In this document: positions 51,301-64,000 of the stretch, one piece after another
Numbering within the stretch: position 1 is the stretch's first letter
How the letters are laid out: each line of letters begins with the position of its first letter
Source of the DNA: Tubiluchus corallicola
Lineage: Eukaryota; Animalia; Priapulida
DNA: 64,000 bases
Direction: 5' to 3'
Assembly: GCA_030141605.1 (NCBI GenBank)
Contig: JAQGDQ010000179.1
Span: 310,001 to 374,000 of the forward strand
Notes under the pieces: generated by a model
Database searches by the model: none
The model's input: the letters and a program-made list of their open reading frames with translations, nothing else
Told to the model about the DNA's origin: nothing
Translations under genes and position numbers: made by a program

Positions 51301-54300
51301 ACAGACAAATGTTATAGTTTTAGCTTTTTTCATCACCCATGGAAATTTCAGGCTCCGATTAACCAAAATTTAAAAATAAGCCAATTAGTTAGAATTATTA
51401 TGTGAGTGTCTAACATTGGAAGTGCTGAATTCAATTGGTCATAAGAGATGAACTTTGGACTGCCTTAACCACTTTGACATGCTGTGACTTAATGTTATAA
51501 GACCCATGGTGGTGTGAACTGAAAGGCTCCTCATTCAAATTTAGGATGCATCCCAACTTTTTTCATTTTCTATCATTCCGGTTTGGTAATTTTATTAATT
51601 GTGAGTTTGTAACATACAAGTATTCGCAGTTCAACGTAATAAAATATCATTTAGAGTGATATGCAGAGTCAATAAAAACCTGAAGCCACAGAATTGGGCC
51701 AGTTTTGTAAGCTTGTTCCAATCCTATAAAGTTTATAAACTGATTATTTTATAATGATATTACTAAAAGTATGTCACTGATAGGTCTGACCTAATATCAG
51801 GTGTCTGGATTATGTATTTGTTTTATTGTTTTTCTTTCAGGCATCAATAAATAAATATGTATGTTAAAATTTTATAAACAAAGCTTGAACAAGAAAAATT
51901 TACATTATACTAAATTATGTTACACCTACTATGTAAATTTCATTAAATTAAATTATAAACACTATTAAATTCTAAGATGTAATGTGAAGGTGATATTTTT
52001 TAGGATTGACAGAGCAGTTGTCTGTGTTGTAACAATATTTAAATTGCTCAAGAGTCCTGTTTTTGTTGCAGGCTGGTTTTGCTTCTGCCTGCCCATACTT
52101 TGTGATGGCACTGGCAATTGTGGGCGGTGGTTATGTGGCTGATCTCATCCGTAAAAGGGGAACTTTTAACACCACAAATGTGCGCAAGATATTCAACTGC
52201 GGCGGTACGTATACGCGTCTATATAGTTGTGATTCTGATGCAAGTACTCGTTGTAAAAAAACATGTTAAACAGCTTAAGGGCTGCAGTGTTGTTGTATTA
52301 TTAAGTTAAATACCATCTTTTTAAAGCCTCCCTTTTCATGATTTATCGTTGGAAAATAATTATACTTTGTATCGCTTGACTGATTCTTAACCATTAGTTA
52401 TTGTAGGTATTATTGGTACCAGCTATAGGCTTGTACAGCTATTATCATGGAAGCTATTATATACGAAACTTTTTTCAGCTATTTTTTACAAAACTTCATT
52501 GTAGACGATCTGTACAGAAAATCAAAATGAAAAGTGCACTTGTATAGACAAACCTGATCCAAATGGTTTCCACAATTCCACGTGGGAAATGCTTTTGGTC
52601 TGATACAGTCGCTATTAGAGACGATCTTTTTTTTGCTATAACAAAGTAATTATTAAACAAAAAAGTAGTTTATTTAATACTGAGTGATCCAGCTTATTTT
52701 CCAACATTGCACAGACTTGGTTTAGAGCAGCTTCGGTCATACTAATAAACATGTACGACTTTCATTCAAAACTTTCATTATTCTCATTGATTTATAAGGC
52801 TACGGCTATGCTATCACTAATAACAAGTGCAGCTAATAGCACCACTTTTGCCAGTAGCAATTATGTGATTGTTTGAAACTGCAGTCCTGTGTGTTTGGGG
52901 AAATTCTGCTATAAGTATAACAGTGTGATCAAAATGTATGTATTATTAATTAATCTAGATTGTATGTTTTATAGCATTTGTCTGTCAGACGATTTTCATG
53001 GTGATGGCTGCCTATACTATGACTCCAGCTGCTGCTGTTTCCTGCATCACTCTGGCTGTTGGTTTTGGCGGAATTGCATGGTCAGGTTTTAGCGTGAACC
53101 ACCTCGACATTGCTCCTCAGGTTAGCTTAGTTTCACCTAGTTATATTTTTTGTTTAAATTCCATTAAAGAAAAACAGGATAATTTTGCATATCCCACCCC
53201 ATCTTGAAGTACGGTAAAAAGTATACATTTTAACACCTATAATAATGCCAAAGCATTTCTGATAATTAAATGGTAGGTTAAAAACTTAATTAATGGGGTG
53301 GGAGCCCAACTGTAGATGACATCACAAGTGAACATAATTTTCAACAACACGAGTGCGTTACACGTGTTTGTGAAAATAAGAATTGAAGTATACTGCTGCT
53401 ATACAACATTCTGCATGATGTACAAAAACTTAGTAAATTTTAAGTTTAAAATTGAAATTTCATAAACTCGGCTGTGCTCATACATGAGCTCTCGAACCTG
53501 TGCACTACATCACAACCGAACCTCTGAATTGAGAGGTGCAGCATCTGCTTTTTGTGCAACATGTTTCATTGATCCAGGCGCTAGTGCTCATCTAACTAGC
53601 AAATGCATGCAACCATGAAGAACTAGTGGCGTGAACATAAAATTATATTTGTGTTGTAATAATTGTTTCATGTGACCCATTCTTGAAGAACCCAGCCTGT
53701 TTCTTTTCAATTTTTTATAGATTAGATGTTTTGTGCTGCAGTTTAAGATTTGGTCTGGTTTTCCTTTAAGCCAATTTGTAAATAATTACCAAGTACCACG
53801 TAAAAAATTATGAAGTATGGCAAGTGTAGATGGCAACTTTAGGAAAATAGGGCACTTGTGTTATGTCTCTCATGCATAGCAAAGAGGTTAATGAATTTAA
53901 GTAACATGTGAGGCAAGCAATTAAGCATTACAATTATGAAGACAGCTATTCAATTCATTTGCTTGCATTGCAGTTTGTAACTAAAAGTTGTGCTAACCTC
54001 TCATTGCTTATTATAAATATACCTATGGTGCCAAATGGTCATCAACATGTTTTGACAATTAACACCATTTCAAGTTGTTTTTGAATTATTGTTCAAACAC
54101 AACTATTAAATTAAACATACAAACTATTAAGTTAATTTTGATTCGTAACTGTTGGCACCTATAACAACACATAATAAATGAGTTACAATAAATGTGTTAA
54201 GTTTGCCACTAAGCAAAATCTGACATTTCATCAGTGTCGGCTTTTTAATTATAAATCTGATTAAAATTGTACTTGCTTTCATGGAGGCACTGTGCATAAT

Positions 54301-56542
54301 CGTTAATTAATTTTATTGTATTTGCTGGAAGGTTAAGTTCAGCATTTTCTTTGTGGTCTGTAATCATTATGAGATTAATAATGATATTTCCACCACAATT
54401 TACAAATTCTTGACTTACTAGACTCATTAAATATGTGATTAATGTACCAAAGTAATGTAAGCTATTAGTGGCACATAATTGTTGTTTAATTGTTTAGTTT
54501 AACAATTATGATACAGTATTCCACCGTATGAATAGGCTACAATATATTCTTAATTGGACAACCTTACATTGTCATTGGAATGTCTTCATCATCATCTTAC
54601 ATGCTTCTGTTATGCAACACAACACCACTCATAATTTGAGGTCATGCTCCCCGATCTGCTGCCATATGCCAAGTGTCTACGTTGTTCAGGTCGCATGGTT
54701 TATTTAATAAGTCTTTCTTCAGAACATAAAAATGTGTGATCCATAAAACCAAGGTTTCTTCCAAGGTATTAGTGTGTTGTGCACTTAATGTAATGCTGTA
54801 GTAAGTGGAAAATTCTTTGGTAATCTAATGACATGTTCAATCCATCTAGGTTGACACTTCTGTATAACCTCACTCCATTTCTTGTTCTTCGTTAAATCAT
54901 TTATGTCATTGGAATACTTTTGCTATTGAAGTCAGAATTTTGCAGCAGTTATTTTATGGGTATTGAAAGCAGATTTGTAAGTGTACCGTAGATTTATTCG
55001 AAGTACTACATGTCAAGTTATCCACCACTGTGCAAGTGGTCTAACATTGTTAGTCTTTGTAAGTTTATTAGAACTGAAATTTATTATTACTTTTATAGTT
55101 TGCTGGAGTTCTGATGGGTCTTTCCAACTGCGTAGCAACTATTCCAGGGATTGTCAGTCCTATTATTACAGGGCAAATTGTCAAAGACAAGGTGAGATTA
55201 GCACTATTATCATTTTACATAACAGTTTTATTCTTCAAGCCACTAAGCAGCGCTGGGCAAATTACTTTCATTTAGTGAAGTTATAATTACCAACTACTGC
55301 CTCAAAAAGTGGTGTATTATTTACTACAATTACTCCAGTAAAATAGTAGTTCCACTACAATTACAATTATGTTTGCAAAACTGAAAAGAAGTGAGTTACT
55401 CACTACAGTTAGCTACTCCTGTTATGTAATGGCATCACGTACTATTTAAATATTAGTATACCACTGTCCCAACTGTTCAATACTACGGTGTTGTTAAAGT
55501 ACAGATTTACCAGTTTGTGATATATAGTCTTGTAACAGTATTTTGAATGCACTTGTATTTTTCCCTTTAATTCATACTGAACAAAATTCTTTTTTAGTGC
55601 AAAAATATCTTTTCCAACAGAAAACATCTGCTCACAGGCATCACTGCTTGGAGCTCCTTTGTTGTTTCCATGTGTCTGTGAATGCTATGTGCATTAACAA
55701 AGCTCGTGGTGCTCTTTCTGCCACTTTTGGTTGCTGTTCATGAAAATTGAAAGTAATATTTTTGGAAGCCATATTTCTGTCAAAATTTCAGCACTATAGT
55801 GATCAAGAGCTAATCACTAGCTTATCATTGTAGCATTAGTTAGAAAAATTCAAAAGAAAGGACAATTTCTGAATACATAACATTTTGCTTGGAAGAGAAT
55901 AGGCATGTATCACCATTTAGTGAATGAACTGCAACTAGATGCAGAACAATATATTTAATTGCGTATTCCACCTCTCAAAAACTCTAATGGAATGAATATT
56001 AGTGCGTATAGATTCCGAAGTGACCAAAAATCAGCAAAAATGATCACCGTTCCTTGAAAACTCACTAAATCACTTAGCCAATGGCCACTTCCTGTCTGCA
56101 TATTGCTGCTTGATATATATTCTGACAATAGCAATTATGTTTGTGTGAATATGGATCACGCATTTTAGATTACGCTTTACACTACACAAGATGCTTTCAT
56201 GGAATCCTACCTTAACGATGTAAATATCACATCTTTGTAAAAAATTACAATCATTTTGTGATTTTGCTTTTAATTGGTTTTCTCATTTCAAGTACTGCTC
56301 TTGCATGTTCAAGTACACTAATTTTTTTTTCCTAATCAAATGTTTTTAAAGAGGCCATATTTTTGTTTTAGACCGCAGGTGAATGGGAGCTTATCTTCTA
56401 CATTGCTGCAGCTGTATACCTAGTCGGTGCCATCTTCTATGGTTTATTTGCTTCTGGTGAGAAACAGAAATGGGCAGATGTGCCATCGGGATATTCGCCT
56501 TGTACTGAGTCATCTGAGGATGTACCTTATGGTACTGGGTAA
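37149..56542 (+). CDS. SLC17A5: Sialin-like SLC17 anion transporter (MFS), 12 coding exons, about 503 aa
   Basis: Exons: 37149-37280, 39499-39642, 42245-42332, 45583-45728, 46907-46994, 48323-48409, 50092-50225, 50992-51141, 52072-52204, 52975-53120, 55099-55191, 56372-56542 (TAA); 1512 nt in phase. Motifs: [89 protein letters not shown]7 lacks the VGLUT arginine, favouring sialin-like. The symbol is tentative because invertebrate SLC17s are expanded; the exon-1 donor could be 37271 or 37280. Confidence 0.93.
39097..39360. repeat. (ATTG)n microsatellite grading into (ATGG)n and (ACTG)n
   Basis: More than 50 tetranucleotide units visible directly. Confidence 0.97.
42995..43237 (+). mobile_element. 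tRNA-derived SINE with a conserved central core and an (ATT)n tail
   Basis: A box TAGTCTAGTGG, B box GAGTTCGATAC, core taccaaagactttaa..aaaatggtatctgctgttgccctgcctagcac (resembles the Meta/MESC SINE core from memory), tail gattattattatcattat. Confidence 0.65.
43993..44557. mobile_element. hAT-like MITE
   Basis: Imperfect inverted ends taggccgaattaa / ttaaaacagggcta with gaggccct subterminal motifs at both ends. Confidence 0.45.
47603..48133. mobile_element. TTAA-flanked (Kolobok-like) non-autonomous element
   Basis: TTAA|AGGAAAGCCAAACG ... CGTCTGGTTTTCCT; the same terminus tctggttttcctttaa recurs at about 53755-53769. Confidence 0.5.
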
Positions 56543-57765
56543 ATGCTAATCTAGAGAAAACACTTCCAACCAAAACTTGCATTATAGTAATCATGCTATC
56601 TATTGTATTACTATATTAAGGCAAAACTACCCTTATATGCAACAATCTTAAAATCATGTTGTCAACTAGATCTAGTTTGTTTGTATAATAAAGTTTGTCT
56701 GTTAAGGACGATCCATATATAATGATATCAAGTTCAGGGTAGACAGGTGGCAGGAGACAGGTAATGCCATTATAACACAAAGTAGGTAAGTGATTTGGTC
56801 ATAATGTCATTAATTGAATTCATGTTTGACCTGAGGCTGCGATGAAGAATAAGGAATGGCTAGTTGTAATTGTCTGTGAGAAGGACTCTGCAGTATGGGT
56901 CGATGAGAATGCGTTCAGTGAATTAGGCCTGCCACTACCTCCATTGCCGATGTCAGTAGAATCCACTGATGGTTTCCCGTTAATTAACGCAAACAATGTT
57001 GATGCCTGTCCTTGGGAGGAGCAATAATAAAACATGCAAAAAGCTACATTGCAGTGATATCAATATATGGGGCAGGTAGGTGATGCAGATGTGGTAATGC
57101 CATTATAGTGCAAGGTAGGTAATCAGCCAAAAACTTGATATCGTTATATGTGGATAACCCCTTACCGAAAGTATGGTAAACAAGATCCAGACGTCGCTCA
57201 ACTCCAAAACAAGAAGAGTTCATTGATGATCTTCTGCTAACATAATTTTTCATCATCTCTCCTATGTCTACTCTAGCTTTTGCTTCCCTAGCCCCATCTA
57301 TTGGCAAGAAATTCAAGTCACAACCAAGCTTGAAAAACTGAAACTAATAAATGATTACTAGCATTTCTTTAGTATGAGTTCAGTGTTAGAATAACTAGAT
57401 TCCTACTTACAGCATTGTGATCACAAGTATGAATTCTTAAATTAGATAATTGTGCCTATTTTTTTATTTGCAAAACCTTGTCATATTTCTGCCAACGAAC
57501 CTAGTCGTAGTCAATTAATAGTCTAGTATTAATAAAGTAAGTCATCAAACTACTGCGGATTGCCAGTCTAGGAATACTACTTCATTACTTGTTAGATTAT
57601 CGATCTACTACTAGTTCTATTATAACTAGACTATTATTTGAACAATGTTGCACTAATGGGTAAATATTATCAGACTATTATTTAAACCTTACAGTAAATC
57701 ACAATGTAGCTGGTCAGTTTTAATCCCTCAGTCTGATTGTATATAAATTTATTTAAGATCACGTT

Positions 57766-57796
<31 letters not shown>

Positions 57797-58224
57797 TAGT
57801 GATTATTATCCTATATAATGTCACTCTTAGATTATCATGTTACTGTTGGGTGTTATTTACATGATTGTTAAAATTGTTGTTGCTGTATGTACACCTAAAC
57901 ATGCTTGGCCAGAGATATTTAGCATTTTCTCGATATGATAGTAACTGAGCTATAAATTGATGCATTTGGATATATTTGAGTATTACTGTATTTTTAGTAA
58001 GTGAATTAATGTTTGATCACAAAAATTCAGTGTAGTTTCATATGGTAACCTTTCTTTGAGCCTATTTATTATTTGTATTTGCAAGATGACCAATTGTATT
58101 CAACTACCGATAAACTATTTATAGCCTGCCACAATATTAGAGCTGAATTAGTACTGGTAAGAAAAATACCCTTATGTACTTACTTAGAATTATTATTCGA
58201 TATATCACTCTGTAACTTACAATA

Positions 58225-59141
58225 CCGTAAAATGGGGTGAATAGTGATAATTTTTACATTCAAACTGCCATAACTTTTTTGTTAGTTTTTATTCTAAATT
58301 GTAAATGGCCACATACATAATCTAGCTTTTGGAGGTATTGACAAAAAATCGTACATTGTGTTTTTATTCAAAAAGCAGTGTCTCTATTAGCCCGCATTCT
58401 GGGGTAAATAGGGACAGCCTTATTTTTAGTCCCTGTACCCGTCTTGCATTACATGAGGTGAAATTTGGGTTTTAAAAATAGCATTTTAGAATCGATCACT
58501 TTGATATCTAGGATAAATTTTCAAAACTTGGTTCTTCTAGATAGTACAATCGGTTGCATATCATAAAACATCAAAATTCGCCATTCTCTCCAATTGGCAT
58601 TTGCCATCTGAGAACTAAACACAACAATTTAGGATGGGCTGTAGCTCCCACAATTTGTTCATTGTATCTTGTTGTTCTTGGTTTCGTTTTCTTGTATTGT
58701 GATCCGCCAGGGAGTCGTTTATATGTGCATGGCATGCTGTCACGATTCACCCCATTATTTATGTCAAACTAAGTCTAAAACTCCTCAAAAATTCACAAAA
58801 ATAGAGTGACTCAGAACTGAAAAAAACTATTAGGTATTACTGAAGAAAAGTCATTCAACTACCAACTACAAAATAACCACATCTGGCCAACTGATTAGGC
58901 CTCTGCAATAAAAGTTTTACATTATTATTGCAGATTACCATTATTTTTTGTGTTATTAGTATGCCTTCGGTTTACGGTTGCCATGGCAACCAGGAGATGG
59001 CTTCACAATGATATAAAGTCCTTAGTAGATTATACATGCATCAGGGTGGTTTATAAAATTATGAAGAATATTATTCCTGCAATGTAGTAAGAGCTTTAAT
59101 AACTTTTCTTGAGGTTTGTGCCGATTCACCCTGTTTTACCT
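58225..59141. mobile_element. pogo-like MITE downstream of the SLC17 stop codon
   Basis: TA|CCGTAAAATGGGGTGAAT ... ATTCACCCTGTTTTACCT|TA, with internal TIR-like copies near 58400 and 58745. Confidence 0.7.
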
Positions 59142-60540
59142 TACTTGATCACTAATAACTTCTTAACAACATTTGTGATGTTTTTGTGTTTAGCGCCAGT
59201 TATTCATGTGTCTAAAAGTATATAATAGTTGTTATGGAGTATAGCAATTATATTGTTTATGGTAAATTTTTCAGGAATACATTGTAAAATGAAGTGTTAC
59301 ACTATTGTTGCCGTACTAATGATAGCATATACAGTGCCATGTCTAGCCAATCTAAATAAGAAACTGTTTTTGTGAGTTAACTGCAGTCAGACAGAGCTCA
59401 TAATTATTCTAGTTTAAACACACAGATACTTTTCTGTTATGTTGTAACTTGTGAGTATAGCATAGCTTTACATTGTTTAACATTAACTGAATATTACATG
59501 TATCTTGTACTATTTAGACTTAAGATTTAGGGCAACACAGATTTTTGTTGCATTTGTAAGTGTACCCAGTAATCATTTATGTGTGTGTAACAAACAGTTG
59601 TTAATAATTATAGATATTTCGTGTTATACAATTGAAAAGTACTATTAAATTATTATATTTGTAGCCTTGTTCATCTTCCAAAGGCAGCTTATGAACTTAA
59701 GTACTAATAAACATGTGAGTGTTTAACTAATGAATTCATTTGCTTCATATGCTCAGCTGCTTTCGTTCTTCCATTAAATCAATCAAGAATATACAATTTG
59801 TAGAATGCTGTAAGTTTATGAACTTTTCTGCATAGGAATCAATCATTTGGTTTAGTTAAACAGTCAAAGTAGCAGAGTTGAGACTAATGAGATCTTAAAA
59901 AGTACGTAGTTGTCAAAAAGTGGTTACCAAAAAAGTATGACATGTGTTAGCAAAGGAGCTTTGGAGTGTATGTATTTTCCTTAAAAATGTGATGAATGCT
60001 ATAAAAAAGCAAAGAAAAATTATTATATTTTCTCAAAGAGTCATTGCCCCTTTTGGATATTTTTGCAGTATTATATTATGCAAATAATTGTCAATCGTGT
60101 GTATTTATTTTCGTATTATTTATGTACTGTAGTACGTATATCACTGCCTGAATGATATTAGACATTTAAATTACAGTTATACATAAATGTGCTTAAAACT
60201 GCTTGTAGCCTGTTCGTTGTGATGCTACATGTATTGTCAAATTCAAAATTGCAATTTTGCACATTATATTTTTAAAGTTTATTATGTCTTTCACCACTTT
60301 TATTTCAATATTATATATTTAAATAGATGTTTTATTCTTTTTGTTTTAAAATTATATATTGTGCTTATACATGTGCCATGTAACTGCAAATAAAAAGATG
60401 ATATACTAACTTGTGTGCTGAATTTCCTTTAAAATATTGGGTTTTCTCATCTGAATATAATTTATTTAAGTGAGCCGCATACATTTGCATTGACTACAGA
60501 AATTATTACAATTTGGGTCAGTTGTTAAAACTCTTAAAAA

Positions 60541-60815
60541 CAGTGGCGCAACTGCTAGCCCGCACCTGTTGCAGTTGCAAGGACTGTGGGGGTCATTGGT
60601 CGTATAGAACAGCCCCCAGAAGCGCCAAAATAATGCATAATTACGTTTGCTAGCAATGAAATCACGAAGACAAAAAGTTTTAAGGGATTTTGACAGTCTT
60701 CTAACTGATTTTAAAAATTGTAATACACCTGTAGGTCTCAAAAAAGTTTATCTTTGAACAATAGAGCCCCACTAGATTGTATTGCAGAGGCCCAAAAATT
60801 ATAGTTGCGTTACTG
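60541..60815. mobile_element. hAT-like MITE in the FABP 3' region
   Basis: Inverted ends CAGTGGCGCAACT / AGTTGCGTTACTG; no clear TSD. Confidence 0.55.
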
Positions 60816-60899
60816 TTGTATAGTGATGACTGGGATGGTTCCTATCAATAATTTCTCATATCCAGAAAAATAGTCGAGTCATTTGTCTTCAATAAAGCA

Positions 60900-63800
60900 T
60901 CAGGGAATTCTCTTGTACGTTCGACTTGATGTTACATCACCGATCTTCATAATCTAATAACAAATAAAAAGCTTATTTTGTCCTATGTAGTTTATTGCAT
61001 TGTACGGTAAACAAGATTTTTGTTTGTTAGTTTATATTCATAGTAAGGGGCCCACGGCGTGCCTTAGTATGCTAGGCCAAACATATGCTGGCAAAAATTT
61101 TCTTCTTTACAAAGTTATACTGTTATTTTAGAATGTAACCCCTCGCCTGGTTATTTTTGAATAATTAAACAGGAATTTTATCTTGAAAAGTGGGATATTA
61201 CTGTATATGTACAAGACCTACATTCTTTCGTTTGACGTAATAGACTTTTCGTTTGGAAATGACGCAGTTACTATTTTGCCTAATATTTTAACATACAAAA
61301 TAAGGCACATTACAAAATGACAAGTTTATTTTGCAATAAGAGTGCTAACTCAAGGTTTTGAACCAAAAATGGTTATTGGAACACAAATCAAACTGGCCAA
61401 AATATTGATACTAAAACCACCTGAGGATAAAATAGATTTTTACCTGAACCATTTTGTCTCCATCTAGGTGTCTAGTTGTTACGACTTCTACGTCACCAGC
61501 CCTCTGTACATGTTTCATCTCAACACCTTCCATTGTCACCGTTGACTAAAACAATTTAGAAAAAAATGCTATAGATGCCTATCCTGTGTTGTGGAATTCA
61601 AAATCAGAAACGGGAAACGTTTTTTATGATCCATTGACAAATGTTGTCATAAGATTTATCCACGTGGTTAACTACTTCGATGGAGTTACAAATTTTGTGA
61701 CCCGCGACTTACAGGCTCGTTAATTAACTCGCTACTCAAATTATAAGAACATGCCAACCGAGAGCGAGGTGCATACTGTTAATTTTCAAGGTAATACTCA
61801 GTTCAGCGGTCTGGTCATTTAGAACTGTAAGTTGACATAGAATTGCAGGGAAGAATGAATTGATTGTACTATCAAACTTGATATAGAAAATGAGCTAAAC
61901 ACGAACTGACTAATGAAATTGATGCAGAAACATGAGTCAGAGGCAAACTGACAGTACTACTTAAGCCGATGCAGAAATGTAAGACGGTGTTAAACTAACA
62001 ATGCTACTAATGTTGATGCGTAAACATGAGCCAGAACAAACTAACTACATTACTGAAATTGACAAGGAAACAGGAACCAAACGCGAATTGACTACACTAC
62101 TGAAGCTGACATAGAAACATCAGCCATGGACGAATTCACCATCCATCTTAACGTTGACAGAAACATGAGACAGAGACAAACTAACAAGACTGCTGAAGTT
62201 GAGGCACATTAATGAGCCAGAAACGAACTAATAATAGTTGAAGTCACAGAAATTTACATAAAAACAAGCCAGAGATAAACTGATCGTATTACTAAAGTTG
62301 GTATGGAAACATGAGGCAAAGCGGCTAACAATATTACTGATAGAGAAAAACTCACAATACATGTACTACTAATACTGATGGAGAGCCAGACTAACAATAA
62401 TATGGAAAGTTGATGCAAAAAGGTACCCATACTATTGATGTTGATGCAGAAACGTGTATCAGAGACTAACTAACAATGCACCTAAAATTGATGCAGGAAT
62501 ATGAGACAGAAACAAACTGACCAAACTACTAATTTTGATACAGAAATATTAAAAGACGCAGTAACAGTATTACTGAAGTCGACACAGAAACGTGAGCCAA
62601 AGATGAGATTAGCGTTCTACTAAAGTTGGTGCAGAAAAGAGATTCAGAGACAAACTGACCATAGTACTGAAGTTGATGCAGATACACGAGCCAGAGTATA
62701 CTACTTGGCTTCAATACAACATGTCATTGCGTAAATTGTTAAACTTGCCATTTGATTATAATGCAAGACATTTGCCGGTGTAAAATAATGCAATACTTTT
62801 TTGCATCAACTTCTGTAGTTTTGTTAGTTTGTTCTTGCATCAACTTTCGTAGTTAATCAGTTTTTGTCTACCTCATGTTTCTACATCAACTTCGGTAAAA
62901 TGTTAACCTCTTTGCGTCATGTTTCTGTGTCAACGACAGTAATAGGGTCAGTTTGTCTCTGTTTCATGTTGCTTGTCAACTTCCGTAGTATTATTAATTT
63001 ATCTCTATTTTACGTTTCTGTATCAACTTTAGTGGTACGTCTCTGGCTCATGTTTTTGTGTTAACTTCTACGGGATTATCAGTTCGTCCCTGATTCTGAT
63101 GTTCTTTTAATAAAACGTATGTACAATCTGCGATGTAATTTAAACAGGGCAGTAATTGCAATTTTGAATAGTGACACCATTGTTGTCATCGCCATGCACT
63201 ATGACGTGACATCCGACTTTCACTCAAACTTTAGACTTTTTAGGCTTTTTTCTTATTTTCTATTTTGTATTTTTACTTTTTTTAATTAATACGATTTTAA
63301 CTAACATTGTTAATAATGCACTATAAATTGGTACACCTGTCTTAGGTTTGTGTTCGAATTTTAACTGTCTGTAATTTGTATATTTTGTATTTTCTCTGTA
63401 TTGTTTTTATTTTGTATTTTATGGACTCGAAGGTTGAAATAATAAAGTATATAAATAAATAAAACTATTGTAGTTGATGCATCAACGTGCAGCAGGACTA
63501 GCTGGCTCAATACTGTTGAAATTGATGCAGAGACTCAAGCCAGAAACAGTAACAATACTACCGTAGTTGGTCTGCTTACCATACTATCTCTAGCCATTTC
63601 TCTCATTACGATCTACCAGGAATGTGGATGAGATCTACTGGTTGACTATCTCTTTTACGGATTCCGATCATGCCACCCCTATTCGACATTAATAGTTATC
63701 CTGCCTAGTTTCTGACTTGCAGCTTGTTGGTCAGTTGGTATTTAACTAACCTTTATAATTGCTGTCATGCAACCCAAGGGTATAGAAGATCAGTATTCAG

Positions 63801-64000
63801 AATTTTACAATAACGTTATAGCAATTAATGCATTTTGCAATTAGCCTACTTTCACTGGCTTTCCAGTGGGCGAGATTTCGTCAAATTCCTCTCCCAGCTT
63901 GAATTTCACTTCCTTCAGACCGATAGGTGTCTCCACAGTAACGCTGTAGTTGTCGCCATCATGTGATATACTCCAAACAGTTTTGCCTGAAGCGAACTTC
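60900..64000 (-). CDS. FABP: Fatty acid-binding protein (intracellular lipid-binding protein family), exons 2 (partial), 3 and 4
   Basis: >64000-63850 encodes KFASGKTVWSISHDGDNYSVTVETPIGLKEVKFKLGEEFDEISPTGKPVK; 61545-61444 encodes STVTMEGVEMKHVQRAGDVEVVTTRHLDGDKMVQ; 60953-60900 encodes IMKIGDVTSSRTYKRIP*. Classic FABP intron positions, FKLGEEFDE motif and Arg/Arg-x-Tyr carboxylate-binding triad. Confidence 0.93.
61770..63570. repeat. Diverged 47-bp minisatellite with an inverted block, in FABP intron 2
   Basis: Unit approximately actactgaagttgatgcagaaacatgagccagagacaaactgacaat (starts at 61921, 61968, 62015). Forward about 61770-62700, reverse complement about 62795-63100, forward again about 63463-63570. 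Confidence 0.85.

Noticed and set aside
61770-62700. CRISPR-like array or coding repeat
   Set aside because: Contiguous diverged 47-bp units with no unique spacers, unit length not a multiple of 3, and a eukaryotic intronic context.
63578-63680. Mutually exclusive FABP exon 3 (IVMREMARDSMV resembles VTTRHLDGDKMV)
   Set aside because: An in-frame TAG lies directly upstream and there is no good acceptor.

Overview
AT-rich, intron-rich invertebrate animal DNA; the species cannot be determined from the sequence. Four spliced genes were reconstructed by hand from GT-AG junctions and reading-frame continuity: (1) the 3' part of a CPEB1/Orb-class gene on + (RRM1, RRM2, ZZ finger; stop at 10413); (2) a complete 12-exon amyloid precursor protein family gene on - (35205->15544, about 647 aa), tail-to-tail with CPEB; (3) a sialin-like SLC17 transporter on + with 12 coding exons (37149-56542, about 503 aa), head-to-head with APP across a short NRF1-motif promoter; (4) exons 2-4 of a fatty-acid-binding protein gene on -, which the ORF track misses. 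Introns and UTRs hold many MITEs, tRNA-derived SINEs, a decayed CR1-type LINE and a 47-bp satellite with an inverted block. The most notable signal is in a CPEB intron: an internally deleted RTE retrotransposon nested in a Tigger-like MITE. Its 5' end is a twister ribozyme that starts exactly at the self-cleavage site, the flanking host sequence can rebuild P1, and the catalytic G appears mutated to A.
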